A stretch of DNA of 30,935 nucleotides from positions 1 through 30,935 of the IMG/VR virus record IMGVR_UViG_3300029469_000004; one strand, 5' to 3'. The DNA is from a virus. The translations under genes were made by a program, and so were the position numbers. The notes beneath the pieces were generated by a model, which saw only the letters and a list, made by a program, of their open reading frames with translations, made no database searches and was not told the origin of the DNA. Within the stretch, counting starts at the first letter, position 1. Each line of letters begins with the position of its first letter. This document shows positions 9,329 to 18,041 of this stretch, in pieces.

Positions 9329-10507
9329 TTAAACTGTTGCTGCCTGATTGAGAGTTACCTTAATTTCAGCAGGATTGAGCGCCGAAATATCAAGCTTAAT
9401 AAAATCGTTCGTATGAAGCGAAAAGCCTGTTGCGTAAGCCTTAATAAGATAAACTCTGTTATCCTCGATAAACTGATACTGGTCTGAGTAATCAAGCTTA
9501 CCTTCCTTGCCTGTTGAGAGACAAGCTTTATATCTTGAAAGCTGACCGATAACAGCAGTACCTTCTGTAACCATTTCAGACGGATAAACATTCGTCGGGA
9601 AGGGGAAGAGGTTGTTTTTATATGAGCCGTCTGTTGCAAGTACAGTTGTCGCAGGAATAATTTTCGTGAGATAGTCAACAGGATTAACGATGAGGTCAAC
9701 CGATGTGATGTTGTTTGTCTTACCGCCCTTGCCTTTTGCAAGCTTTGCGACAACATCCATATATGACTTCACATCAAGGCTTGTGAGCTTTGTTGCTGTC
9801 TTTTCGGTGTAAGCGTTTGCCTTTACTGCTCCTTCCGGATCTTTGAGCATACCGATAGGTTTGCCGTTACCGTCGCCGTTGATGAAGCCGTCCTCAAAAG
9901 CATAAGCGAGTGCATCAGCAAGGATTCTGCGAACATATGCGTCGATGTATGTAGCACCGAGGTCAAGCATATCCTTCGGAACAGGTACAAAGGCGCTTAC
10001 CTTTGATGTTGAAAAGTCCTTTTCCTGAATTGTGCCTGCAAGCTCCTGCGTGATTTTGGAGTTCAGTGCGCCCCAAGCGGCAAGCTGTTTTGTGTCTGTC
10101 GCAAAGATTGCCTTAACAGAGCCGTATGTGTTTTCAATGCCAATTGCATCAAGAAGTGGATGATTGTTTGTAATGTCCTCAAGCACTGTATCAAGAATTG
10201 TCTGAGGAATTGTAACATCAAGACCTGTGAGAGCCTGCTTAACATCAGCAGATTTTGCCGCTGTGACAAAATTGTTATAGAACTTCTGCTCTGCCGATGT
10301 AAGCTGTCTGAACCCTCTCTTTGCAAGGATTGTGTTGTCGGCTGTTTCACCGATTTCCTGTGCAACGGAAATAATGGACTGCTGAATGCTCTCCGCATAC
10401 TCGTTGAGAGCGTTTGTCATCTTTGTTTCGTCTTTTGATTCAAAAGCGTCTTTAAAATTCTGTGCAAACTGTGCTTTTGCGTTTGCAAGTAAATCAAGAT
10501 TTTTCAT
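9329..10507 (-). CDS. Major capsid protein, HK97 fold (with N-terminal delta/scaffold region)
   Basis: 392 aa following a ClpP-like protease. The N-terminal ~100 aa are helical. No separate scaffold gene is present. Confidence 0.9.
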   Translation of the reverse strand: MKNLDLLANAKAQFAQNFKDAFESKDETKMTNALNEYAESIQQSIISVAQEIGETADNTILAKRGFRQLTSAEQKFYNNFVTAAKSADVKQALTGLDVTIPQTILDTVLEDITNNHPLLDAIGIENTYGSVKAIFATDTKQLAAWGALNSKITQELAGTIQEKDFSTSKVSAFVPVPKDMLDLGATYIDAYVRRILADALAYAFEDGFINGDGNGKPIGMLKDPEGAVKANAYTEKTATKLTSLDVKSYMDVVAKLAKGKGGKTNNITSVDLIVNPVDYLTKIIPATTVLATDGSYKNNLFPFPTNVYPSEMVTEGTAVIGQLSRYKACLSTGKEGKLDYSDQYQFIEDNRVYLIKAYATGFSLHTNDFIKLDISALNPAEIKVTLNQAATV

Positions 10508-10521
10508 TTTTTCATCTTCCT

Positions 10522-11301
10522 TTACAAATAATTTTTGGTTTTAAAAAGTTCTTCAAAAAATTCAAAGCTGTCCTTTTCTTTCGGTTCAGCCTGTGGTTTG
10601 GGCGGTGTCTGCTGTTTAGGCTTTGTTCCGAGCATTTTTAAAAGCTCTGCCGCTGCCTGTTTTGCTTTTGGATTTTTCTTCTGCTGTGCATCGTTAACGA
10701 TTTCTTTTGATTCCGTTAAATCGACGGGATCAACGATTTCATCACACAAACCTAGGTCAAAAGCCTCTTGTGCGGTCAGAAATGTTTCAGCATCGAGCAA
10801 CGGTTCAAGCTTTTCTCTTGTAAGCTTTTCGCCTGCGTGAACAAGATAAGAGTTTGTGCTTGCCGTGCTGATTTTTTCAAGCTGTTCAGCGTAATCTCTA
10901 TGTTCTTTCGCATTTCCGTAACAGCCTCCGACCGCATGGTGAATCATCATTGTTGTGTTTGATGGCATTACAATTTTGGTTGCCGCCATTGCGACAACGG
11001 AAGCAATCGAACACACCATACCGTCAATGTAAGCTGTGACAGGTACGCTCTGTCGCTTGAGCAGATTGTAAATCGACACGCCCTCGCCAACATAACCGCC
11101 GATAGAGTTGATGTAGATTTCAATTTCAATGATATTCTTGTTCGATTCAATCAGAGAACGAATGTACTCGGCACTGTTTTTGCTGACCTTTTTACCTTCC
11201 CAAATATCAAAGGTGGCTGGCTCAATTTCGCCATAAAGATAAATCTGCAAAACATTCTGATTTTCCGCTATCTGTTTGATGTTGTAGTTTCTGTCTTTCA
11301 T
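10522..11301 (-). CDS. Prohead maturation protease, ClpP-like (S14)
   Basis: INSIGGYVGEGVSIYN, CSIASVVAMAA (Ser) and MMIHHAVGG (His) motifs. It sits between portal and capsid. Confidence 0.9.
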   Translation of the reverse strand: MKDRNYNIKQIAENQNVLQIYLYGEIEPATFDIWEGKKVSKNSAEYIRSLIESNKNIIEIEIYINSIGGYVGEGVSIYNLLKRQSVPVTAYIDGMVCSIASVVAMAATKIVMPSNTTMMIHHAVGGCYGNAKEHRDYAEQLEKISTASTNSYLVHAGEKLTREKLEPLLDAETFLTAQEAFDLGLCDEIVDPVDLTESKEIVNDAQQKKNPKAKQAAAELLKMLGTKPKQQTPPKPQAEPKEKDSFEFFEELFKTKNYL

Positions 11302-12468
11302 TTATTCACCACCTTTCAGAGCGTTTGCTATTGTTTGGTAATTTTTAGTAATGTAATATGTATGCGCCCAAGCCTCCGAGCAAGGGAGCATATTGCAATA
11401 TTTTTGAGCCTGTGCAGGTGTCAGCACACCGCTGGCAATTGACTTGTCGAGGTTGTTCGCCTGACTTACGGCATCAATGTGTCTGACTGTTGTTGTGTCA
11501 ATCAGTAAATAATTGCCTTTGCTAAATTCGGTAGCGCCGAATCTCTTTTTTGTAATCTCTTGCTCAAACATATTTGCAATCGGATCAATTGCATTACCAA
11601 TAGCGCAATCCATTGCATCAGACAATTGCGATGCTTCGCCGCTTAAAATTGCCGGAGGTATATGCAAAGCGTTGCCGACAATCGTGTATGCCTCAGCTTT
11701 CAACTTTTGAATGTCGTTAATCTCGCTGTTCGTAGTCTTTCCGGCATCGGTTGAGGGTTCTGAATATTTCATACCCTTAAAAATCGGCATAACAGCGTTT
11801 TTGTTTGAGTAAAATGATTTAAACTGCTTTGTCAAAACTTTGTTATAAGTTTCAGCGAAGTTTTCGTCACCAAAGCTATAATTTTCAAGTTCCAAAATGC
11901 CTTTATGTCCGACAGCCTTGTTGTACCTTTCCTGAGCCGATAACATTAACTGCTCATAAGTGTTGCACATGTCGGCTAACAATCCCCTCAGAGCGAAATT
12001 ATTATATTGAAGATAAATTACTTCACTTTCAAAAAAAGTTCGCTGATATGTAAAATTTCGGCAAGTAATACCGCTGAAAGAATCATCAATCAATGCGTGT
12101 TCTGTTCTTGAAAAACTGTCTGCAATTAATAGCTGGTTGTCGGCAGTTTCGATAATTAACAATTCATTGTCAAAAATCAACTTTGCAACAGCCTGCGTAA
12201 AAAATTCGATTTTTGTTTGATGTTTATTCGGCGAATAGTTCCAGAGATAATATTCAGCTTTGCGACTTTCTCGGTTATTGTTTACTGTCACAAATTCGCA
12301 CTTTGCCAAACTTCGAGCAATAAAATCAATTGCGGTAAATAAGGCGAGTTCCGTCAGGTGGAATCTCTGTTCATCGACTGTCGAGCCGTCCTCATTAAAT
12401 TCCGCTGCAACGGCATCTTTTCTAAAAAGATTTTTCACCCAGTTTATTACTTTCATTTTTGTTTTCAC
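11302..12468 (-). CDS. Portal protein (HK97 family)
   Basis: 388 aa, immediately downstream of TerL and abutting the protease start. Confidence 0.85.
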   Translation of the reverse strand: MKTKMKVINWVKNLFRKDAVAAEFNEDGSTVDEQRFHLTELALFTAIDFIARSLAKCEFVTVNNNRESRKAEYYLWNYSPNKHQTKIEFFTQAVAKLIFDNELLIIETADNQLLIADSFSRTEHALIDDSFSGITCRNFTYQRTFFESEVIYLQYNNFALRGLLADMCNTYEQLMLSAQERYNKAVGHKGILELENYSFGDENFAETYNKVLTKQFKSFYSNKNAVMPIFKGMKYSEPSTDAGKTTNSEINDIQKLKAEAYTIVGNALHIPPAILSGEASQLSDAMDCAIGNAIDPIANMFEQEITKKRFGATEFSKGNYLLIDTTTVRHIDAVSQANNLDKSIASGVLTPAQAQKYCNMLPCSEAWAHTYYITKNYQTIANALKGGE

Positions 12469-12474
12469 CTGCCT

Positions 12475-14121
12475 TTAAAATAAAATTGCGTTAAAACAAT
12501 TTTTAAGTTCATCAACCGTCATCGGCTGATTTTGTTTCAGCAAATCAAGCTGTGTATATGCGGCAACAAACGCCATAAATCCGTCTGTTTTTCTTGATTT
12601 CGGCTCAATCTTGCCATAGATAATATTGCCGTTTTTATCTTCGACAGCCGATGTGTTGTTTGTGTACCAACGCATTAACGCCGAATTGCCCCAAACAATA
12701 CGATGATTAGCGAAATCCGAAGCAATTAGAGGAGCGACAAGTATTTTATCCGACGGCCTTACAAGTTTTAGATTATTTCGTCCTTTGCGGTCGCATTCAA
12801 AACCCAACTGCATTAACGGCTCCTTGAGCAAAGTATAGCGGTAACTGTCCAATGCTCCACCGACAATGTTGTAATGCTTTGTCTGCTCTCTCAACCAGTC
12901 AGCTACAATTTCGGGAGGTATTTCCGCTCCGTCAACCCTTTGTAAATCAGGCTGTTGAGCATAAGGAAATTTAATTCTGCCCAAATCCGCAGATTGTGAA
13001 CAATACCACGAAAATGGTTTCCATGCGATTGAGCCGTCAATCAAAAACATTAAACCGATCCCCAAAAAGTCAGTAGTTTTGGTGTAGTCAATGCCAAATA
13101 TGCACGGCTTGCCCTCAAGGTTGGGAAGAGGTCTGTTTGTAGCTTTGATATTGTCCCAAGAAGTAACAGGATGGGCTTCTGTGCCTTTTGGAATATTCAT
13201 ACGTTTAGTCATAAACGCTGAATTATTAATTTTATCTTTTTTCCATTCTTCAAATTCTTTCTTTATTTCTCTTTGTAACTCCGGAAAATATTGCAGAGAT
13301 GGATTAGCTTTATACCAGTTTTCGGGATCATAAACCTCTTTTTCATCGTCTAAGCGGCAAATGAAATAAAGTGTCCCGTTATCTGAGGTATCACCATTTA
13401 AGACTTCAAGACCCTCCGAAAGCTCGTTGTCGAGCGGCCCGTCACGAACATCTCCCATTGTGGTTATTGTCGTCCTGCGAGGTAAAGGCTTTTTGCCTAA
13501 ACCTGTAGTAAAAACGTTAATGAGGTCATAATTTTCGTAAGCGTGTTTTTCATCAAAATCTACTTTGCCTGGTCTGCCGCCGTCTTTTGTTTTGCTGTTT
13601 GATGTTCTGTATCTAATCGTCGAGTTTGTTTTTATATTAGTGATTTTGGTTTTATTCCACTTAAAATGCCGCTGCATTTTTGACGCATTATTTTCCAAGA
13701 TTTCATAAATATCATTAAAACTCGTTTGTGCTTGTTCTTCGGACGTTGCGCAAATATCAATATCGTAGTTTCGCACACCGTTGACCGGAGTTACCAAAGC
13801 AAAATCTTCAAAAGCAAGATAACCGTTTTTTCCCGTTCCTCTTCCGACTACACAAACCAAATCAGGGAATCTTAAAACACCGGGAGCAGAGTAGGTGCAA
13901 TTGTGCAAAGCAAAGCAAAATTTTTCCCATTCAAAAAGTTTATAAGGAAAATATTTCTGCAAAGCTAAATATTTTTCAAGCTGTTCTTCATCGACGTAAA
14001 TTTCTTCGTTTTCAAAGACATTTTCAACAAATTTTATCAGCTGAATTTGTTCACGGCAGACACGATATTTACCGCTTTTAACAAGGTCGATGTAATCGTC
14101 TATGATTTTACAGTTCGTCAT
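12475..14121 (-). CDS. terL: Terminase large subunit
   Basis: Walker A-like VVGRGTGKNGY. I prefer the ATG at 14121 (MTNCKIIDDYIDLVKSGK..) to the TTG at 14145 used by the track. It overlaps the terS stop. Confidence 0.9.
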   Translation of the reverse strand: MTNCKIIDDYIDLVKSGKYRVCREQIQLIKFVENVFENEEIYVDEEQLEKYLALQKYFPYKLFEWEKFCFALHNCTYSAPGVLRFPDLVCVVGRGTGKNGYLAFEDFALVTPVNGVRNYDIDICATSEEQAQTSFNDIYEILENNASKMQRHFKWNKTKITNIKTNSTIRYRTSNSKTKDGGRPGKVDFDEKHAYENYDLINVFTTGLGKKPLPRRTTITTMGDVRDGPLDNELSEGLEVLNGDTSDNGTLYFICRLDDEKEVYDPENWYKANPSLQYFPELQREIKKEFEEWKKDKINNSAFMTKRMNIPKGTEAHPVTSWDNIKATNRPLPNLEGKPCIFGIDYTKTTDFLGIGLMFLIDGSIAWKPFSWYCSQSADLGRIKFPYAQQPDLQRVDGAEIPPEIVADWLREQTKHYNIVGGALDSYRYTLLKEPLMQLGFECDRKGRNNLKLVRPSDKILVAPLIASDFANHRIVWGNSALMRWYTNNTSAVEDKNGNIIYGKIEPKSRKTDGFMAFVAAYTQLDLLKQNQPMTVDELKNCFNAILF

Positions 14122-14422
14122 CCGAATCACTTTCGACTTTGTCAATTGACAGCCCCATTTGTGAGAGGATCGCTAAACGCTGTTTGTTGTACATTACGGC
14201 ATTTTTTACAGAGGGGTTGTCCTTCATATACTCTTTGCCTGTGGCGCTGATAGCTTTGTATGTCAAGCCATTTTGGCGGATGTCCGCCTGCATTTTACGC
14301 TCAAGTTTAGTGCAGAAGATGTAACTGTCAATTAAATCTCTATAGACTTCAATGTTTGCCCCTTTCAAAGTCAGTTGCTCAATTAAGCTATCCTTGATTT
14401 CAGCAATTTTAATCTGCGCCAT
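14108..14422 (-). CDS. terS: Terminase small subunit (P27-like)
   Basis: 104 aa, SD GAGAGGAGA upstream, immediately before terL. ..YRDLIDSYIFCTKLERKMQADIRQNGL.. is typical of P27-type small terminases. Confidence 0.75.
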   Translation of the reverse strand: MAQIKIAEIKDSLIEQLTLKGANIEVYRDLIDSYIFCTKLERKMQADIRQNGLTYKAISATGKEYMKDNPSVKNAVMYNKQRLAILSQMGLSIDKVESDSDDEL

Positions 14423-14545
14423 TTTGTTCTCTCCTCTCTGAAAATTTCTCGTGTGCGTGCGCGAAGGTGAACTGTCGTGCCTTTATACCGTTATCCATCA
14501 GCCTGAAATTTTTTCGATTTTTGACCCGGGGGATGCTTTTTTGAC
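14423..14545. other. Candidate cos region between HNH and terS
   Basis: A non-coding 123 bp holds two GC-rich islands in AT-rich DNA: CGTGTGCGTGCGCGAAGG at 14450-14468 and GACCCGGGGGATGC at 14523-14536. Confidence 0.35.
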
Positions 14546-14866
14546 TTACCACCGTTCAGCAAATTCATCTTTTAATTTTTTTGGTTCATATTTGTGATGC
14601 TCCTTGTAATGGCAATCCTTACAAAGACATTCAAGGTTGTTGATATCAAGAGCAAGGTCAGGTCTTGCCTTGAGGTATAGCTTGTGATGCACGGCTTCAC
14701 AAGGGCTATACTTGCCTACCTTGCGACAGCGTTCGCATTCGTAATGTTCTTTCGCTTTTTTGGCGTCTCTGACTTTGTGCCAATCCGCTGTTAAATAAAA
14801 TCTATATGCCTTGCCCTCACGGATTTGGCGGACGATCCAGTCCGTAGTTACTTTTCGTTTTATCAT
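14546..14866 (-). CDS. HNH endonuclease (terminase-associated)
   Basis: CERCRK..VHHK..NLECLCKDCHYKEHH; location just upstream of terS. Confidence 0.85.
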   Translation of the reverse strand: MIKRKVTTDWIVRQIREGKAYRFYLTADWHKVRDAKKAKEHYECERCRKVGKYSPCEAVHHKLYLKARPDLALDINNLECLCKDCHYKEHHKYEPKKLKDEFAERW

Positions 14867-14889
14867 TACAATTTAATTTTACAACAGGT

Positions 14890-15282
14890 TTAATCGCTTC
14901 TACTGACATCTTTCTTTGTGCAATATGTACAAATGTTAAGTCCACGAAGTTTTGCGCAAAGCAATCGTGCCTCTTTGAGCCAGCGGAACACCGTGCGTTC
15001 GTCGGTATAGTTGCTAACTGCAAACTTAGTCACCCTCAAATTTATCTCACCTTTATGCAATGCCGCTGTTGGCGCAACAAAATAAACAGCACTGACAGCT
15101 TGACGGATGTAGTCTTTGTCGCTACTTGTTAAAGCATCAAGCGTGTCTATCACAGCAAGCAGGTCAAGTTGTAATGCTCGGTGCATTGTCTTGTCAGCTA
15201 CAACCTGTGCTTTGCTTGGAAATCCAAGAGAGGCATAAAGTCTAAACTGTGCAATTGTATAATCTCTTGTTGTATCTCTCAT
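14890..15282 (-). CDS. Putative late transcriptional activator (ArpU/RinA-like, sigma region-4-like HTH)
   Basis: 130 aa. The C-terminal ..YTDERTVFRWLKEARLLCAKL.. looks like an HTH. It occupies the canonical position before HNH/terminase and has an ATGA overlap with the upstream gene. Confidence 0.5.
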   Translation of the reverse strand: MRDTTRDYTIAQFRLYASLGFPSKAQVVADKTMHRALQLDLLAVIDTLDALTSSDKDYIRQAVSAVYFVAPTAALHKGEINLRVTKFAVSNYTDERTVFRWLKEARLLCAKLRGLNICTYCTKKDVSRSD

Positions 15283-16016
15283 ATCCTTGCACCTCCGATT
15301 TTCTTGTGTTTATGGCTATTGGCCAAGTAAGTAAAATGAAAAGACGCACCCGTGAAGTCATTTATCCACATTTCGTCTTTGTAAAAATAATATCCTTCGG
15401 GACAAGGCAAAGCCTCACCTCGTTCGAGTTTTCTGTATTCTCGTTTTTTTCCTTCAACAACTTTGACCTCAGGCTTATTGAGATTGCGAGATGTTTTCAA
15501 GCGCTTCTTACCATTGACATCTTTTCGTATGTATTTTGCAAGGTCAGCATAATTGCCGTTTTGGTAGAGCGGAGTAAAATTTATTCCGTTTTTCCATGGC
15601 CAACATTCCATTAATATTTCTCTGACACAATCCTCAATTACGATGTGCAAATGCCAGTTTCTACCGAGTTTGCCACATTCGCAGTACCCGATGTACTTAA
15701 ATTTAATTTGTTTTTTATCTGTCCTGCGTTTGATACGCTTGAAAAAATTCGACACAACCCTCTCAAATTCATCTTCGGTAAATTCACCAAACGGAGCAGA
15801 GAACCTTGCGAACCAGTCGCCCTCAGAGAAGTTGCAAAGGATAAGCCTCTGTGTGTGTTGTTCTCCTCTGATACGGTTTGCTTTGGCTTGCTTTTCGTTT
15901 GTTCGAGATTGATTGATTTGTCGAGCAAGATTTTTTTTATTCCGTCTGCGAAATGATTTATAATATTTGACCTCGAGCAAAGGACCTGATTTAATTTCAC
16001 ACTTGTATGTAAACAT
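15279..16016 (-). CDS. HUH-superfamily rolling-circle Rep-like protein (pC194/pUB110- or microvirus-type motifs)
   Basis: 245 aa. LILCNF (aa 58-63), FKYIGYCECGKLGRNWHLHIVIE (HUH at aa 122-124) and DLAKYIRKDV (Tyr162) are in the canonical order. Confidence 0.55.
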   Translation of the reverse strand: MFTYKCEIKSGPLLEVKYYKSFRRRNKKNLARQINQSRTNEKQAKANRIRGEQHTQRLILCNFSEGDWFARFSAPFGEFTEDEFERVVSNFFKRIKRRTDKKQIKFKYIGYCECGKLGRNWHLHIVIEDCVREILMECWPWKNGINFTPLYQNGNYADLAKYIRKDVNGKKRLKTSRNLNKPEVKVVEGKKREYRKLERGEALPCPEGYYFYKDEMWINDFTGASFHFTYLANSHKHKKIGGARI

Positions 16017-16083
16017 AGTTAAACCTTTATTATATATGTAAATGCTAAAACGGTCACTTAATTAATTCCTTGAGCAGGCTATT

Positions 16084-16108
16084 AAAGGAGTATCTCAACT
16101 CCTTTTTT
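16084..16108 (+). terminator. Plus-strand intrinsic terminator in the gap upstream of the Rep-like gene
   Basis: AAAGGAGT-ATCTCA-ACTCCTTT followed by TTTTTT (the stem shares the first Ts). There is no U-tract in the minus orientation. Confidence 0.6.
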
Positions 16109-16359
16109 GTGACTATTTATTATTCTGTTATCGTATTAAAAAGTCAGATGATATAAATATGCAGTAACCCAATCTGACCACTTGAGTTACTGCTCTGTGC
16201 AACCTTGCCGCTGCAATTGTGTGTTTGATTTTTGGTGCATTCTTTTGTAACAGCTTAATCAAAAGCGGAAGTCGTCGCTTTGATTACTTTTTGAATATAG
16301 GATTAACTTGATTTGAATTTCCTTTAAGATTTTGCACACGGCAAGAATATTGCCTTACC

Positions 16360-17070
16360 TTAAATGCCGAAATATTCTTTGTAGCTTTTGGTGATTCCTC
16401 GACAATCGTCCGACTTAACCGGCACGTGACAAGCTACAGTTCTGATGTTGTCGGCATCCAACTCTTTGAAAATTTCCGATGCTCTCGTTTCTTCTGCCGA
16501 TTTATAAAACTTAAAGAGCAAATCTACAAACGGTATGTTTCCAAACTCGTTCAAAAAGGCTGTATCATTTTCGGTCAACGTTTTTAAGCAATCTGCTTTA
16601 TATGTATCTGATGCGTCCGATAAAATAAAAAGTTTGTTGTAAATATCCTGCTTCGTGAGCAAATCAATAATTTGTAAAGCTATCGACAACACTTCCGGAT
16701 CATGTTCAGCAATCGCCTTTGACAGTTCCGTTAGTTTACATGAGGTTTCTCTTGTGCGTTTAATCCACTCAATATGTTCTTTTTCGGCGAAAAATGTGTT
16801 GGTTCTAAATCTGCGATATTCCTGTAAGAGTTTGTACTTTGCCTTAACACAAGCCTTAGCGGACAGCAATCCTATTTTCGCACAGCTGTATATTGCAGAC
16901 ATTGACAGAACAAGCCATCTGTTGAATATATCAAGATTATTGATTTCATTAACATCAAGAGCGCCGTCAATAAACGCAACAACAAGCTTGTCAAGCTCTG
17001 ATAATGTTTCTGCCGGTGCTGTCGGTCTGTCCTGTGTTTCCGCTGTAACTGTTTTTTTGGATTCAGCCAT
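16360..17070 (-). CDS. Hypothetical early protein (all-helical by eye)
   Basis: The track ORF is trimmed to the ATG at 17070 (MAESKKTV..), which forms an ATGGCTGA overlap with the upstream stop. Confidence 0.7.
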   Translation of the reverse strand: MAESKKTVTAETQDRPTAPAETLSELDKLVVAFIDGALDVNEINNLDIFNRWLVLSMSAIYSCAKIGLLSAKACVKAKYKLLQEYRRFRTNTFFAEKEHIEWIKRTRETSCKLTELSKAIAEHDPEVLSIALQIIDLLTKQDIYNKLFILSDASDTYKADCLKTLTENDTAFLNEFGNIPFVDLLFKFYKSAEETRASEIFKELDADNIRTVACHVPVKSDDCRGITKSYKEYFGI

Positions 17071-17254
17071 TGTTGCTTGCCTCGCTTTCAAGCCATTTTT
17101 TAATAATTTCTTTGTTTTCAGGACAGTCTTCATTTTCAAGACAAGAAATATCGCAATTTTCGCAGTAATTGCAAACATCGTTATTTAATGCATCAAGCAC
17201 AAAATGTGTCATCTGCTCTTTGCTCATTGATTTGATTTTTTCAAAGTTAGTCAT
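17063..17254 (-). CDS. Small Cys-rich hypothetical protein
   Basis: 63 aa, DVCNYCENCDISCLENEDCPENK; tight packing with its neighbours. Confidence 0.65.
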   Translation of the reverse strand: MTNFEKIKSMSKEQMTHFVLDALNNDVCNYCENCDISCLENEDCPENKEIIKKWLESEASNNG

Positions 17255-17259
17255 TGTTC

Positions 17260-17691
17260 TTACCCTTCTATTACGTATTTAATATTTGACTTAATATACA
17301 AATCATAAATCGGCATGCCATTTCTTTCAGAAATATGTGCCTTGCCATCTTCAAATTCTTGCAAAAACTTCCTATTACTTTCTTCGTTGATAAACTCGTA
17401 AAGATTTTTATGTGTAATCCCTAACGGAGAGCCAAATATCCAGTCATCAGCTCCACAATGAAACATACCATTAGTCATGTTATTATGTTTAACACCGTTC
17501 CAAGGTAATTTTGAACACACGGAATAATAGTTGGTTTTAAATACTTTACTTGCCATAACAAAGTAATTTTTAGACACAGCCATAACTCGCATTGGTTTTT
17601 TCCAATTGTTAATCTTGATTAAATCGCCTATTTTTATTGTGTCTAAAACTTCTCTCGTAACATCTGTATAATGCTTATACTGTTTGTTCAT
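17260..17691 (-). CDS. Hypothetical protein
   Basis: 143-aa ORF with a 4-nt overlap with the upstream gene. Confidence 0.7.
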   Translation of the reverse strand: MNKQYKHYTDVTREVLDTIKIGDLIKINNWKKPMRVMAVSKNYFVMASKVFKTNYYSVCSKLPWNGVKHNNMTNGMFHCGADDWIFGSPLGITHKNLYEFINEESNRKFLQEFEDGKAHISERNGMPIYDLYIKSNIKYVIEG

Positions 17692-18041
17692 TTTTCACTC
17701 TCCAAATCCATTTTAGTTCCACAGCGTGGGCAATACGGAAAATCTATATTAAGTTCGTCAAAGTGGCAGACGGAACATCTATTATATGTTCCCATTATGG
17801 TATCAGACTTTTCCCACTTTCCGTGTTTAATCTCTTGCACATCACACACGGTTGCTTCGTTGAGTTTACTACCGTCAACTTCGATAATATGCTTAACTGT
17901 TTCAGCATTTCGTTTTGAATTAAAGTATATCGTGTTTACACTACCGTCTGCGAACGGTATATCTAATGCATAATCACCGCATACCTCACGTGCATAATCA
18001 CCGCATACCTCACGGATTTTTAATTTATTATCCATCATCAT
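17688..18041 (-). CDS. Hypothetical protein with C-terminal zinc ribbon and an internal 8-aa tandem duplication
   Basis: CSVCHFD..CPRCGTKM; REVCGDYA-REVCGDYA is encoded by a perfect 24-bp tandem repeat. Confidence 0.7.
   Translation of the reverse strand: MMMDNKLKIREVCGDYAREVCGDYALDIPFADGSVNTIYFNSKRNAETVKHIIEVDGSKLNEATVCDVQEIKHGKWEKSDTIMGTYNRCSVCHFDELNIDFPYCPRCGTKMDLESEK
17967..18014. repeat. Perfect 24-bp tandem duplication (2 copies), in frame
   Basis: TGCATAATCACCGCATACCTCACG occurs at 17967-17990 and again at 17991-18014. Confidence 0.95.

Noticed and set aside
9355-10398. Same-strand overlapping ORFs (9355..9756 and 10063..10398) inside the capsid gene
   Set aside because: These are out-of-frame readings of the capsid ORF with R/L/S/Q-rich junk-like sequence. 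There is no independent start signal.
15638-16000. Alternative-frame and antisense ORFs overlapping the Rep-like gene (15638..16000 -, 15643..15912 +, 15645..15956 +, 15249..15614 +)
   Set aside because: Only the 245-aa frame has recognisable motifs and operon-style start and stop overlaps.
16029-16057. A minus-strand promoter (GTGACC-17-TATAAT) for the Rep-like gene
   Set aside because: Its predicted start site (about 16022) would fall downstream of the AAAGG SD and only about 5 nt from the ATG. It is usable only for a leaderless mRNA, so it is not reported as a feature.
16017-16359. A pC194/phiX-type nick sequence (CTTGATA) as the Rep origin
   Set aside because: The intergenic regions contain only near-misses such as AACTTGATTT at 16305-16314. 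Exact CTTGATA copies (around 338-344, 9377-9383, 14644-14650 and 16928-16934, all on the minus strand) lie inside coding sequences at about the chance frequency.
16655-17188. A 177-aa plus-strand ORF antisense to gene 16360..17070
   Set aside because: It is Ser/Leu/Ile-rich mirror-frame composition with no SD, and it would break the tightly coupled minus-strand operon.
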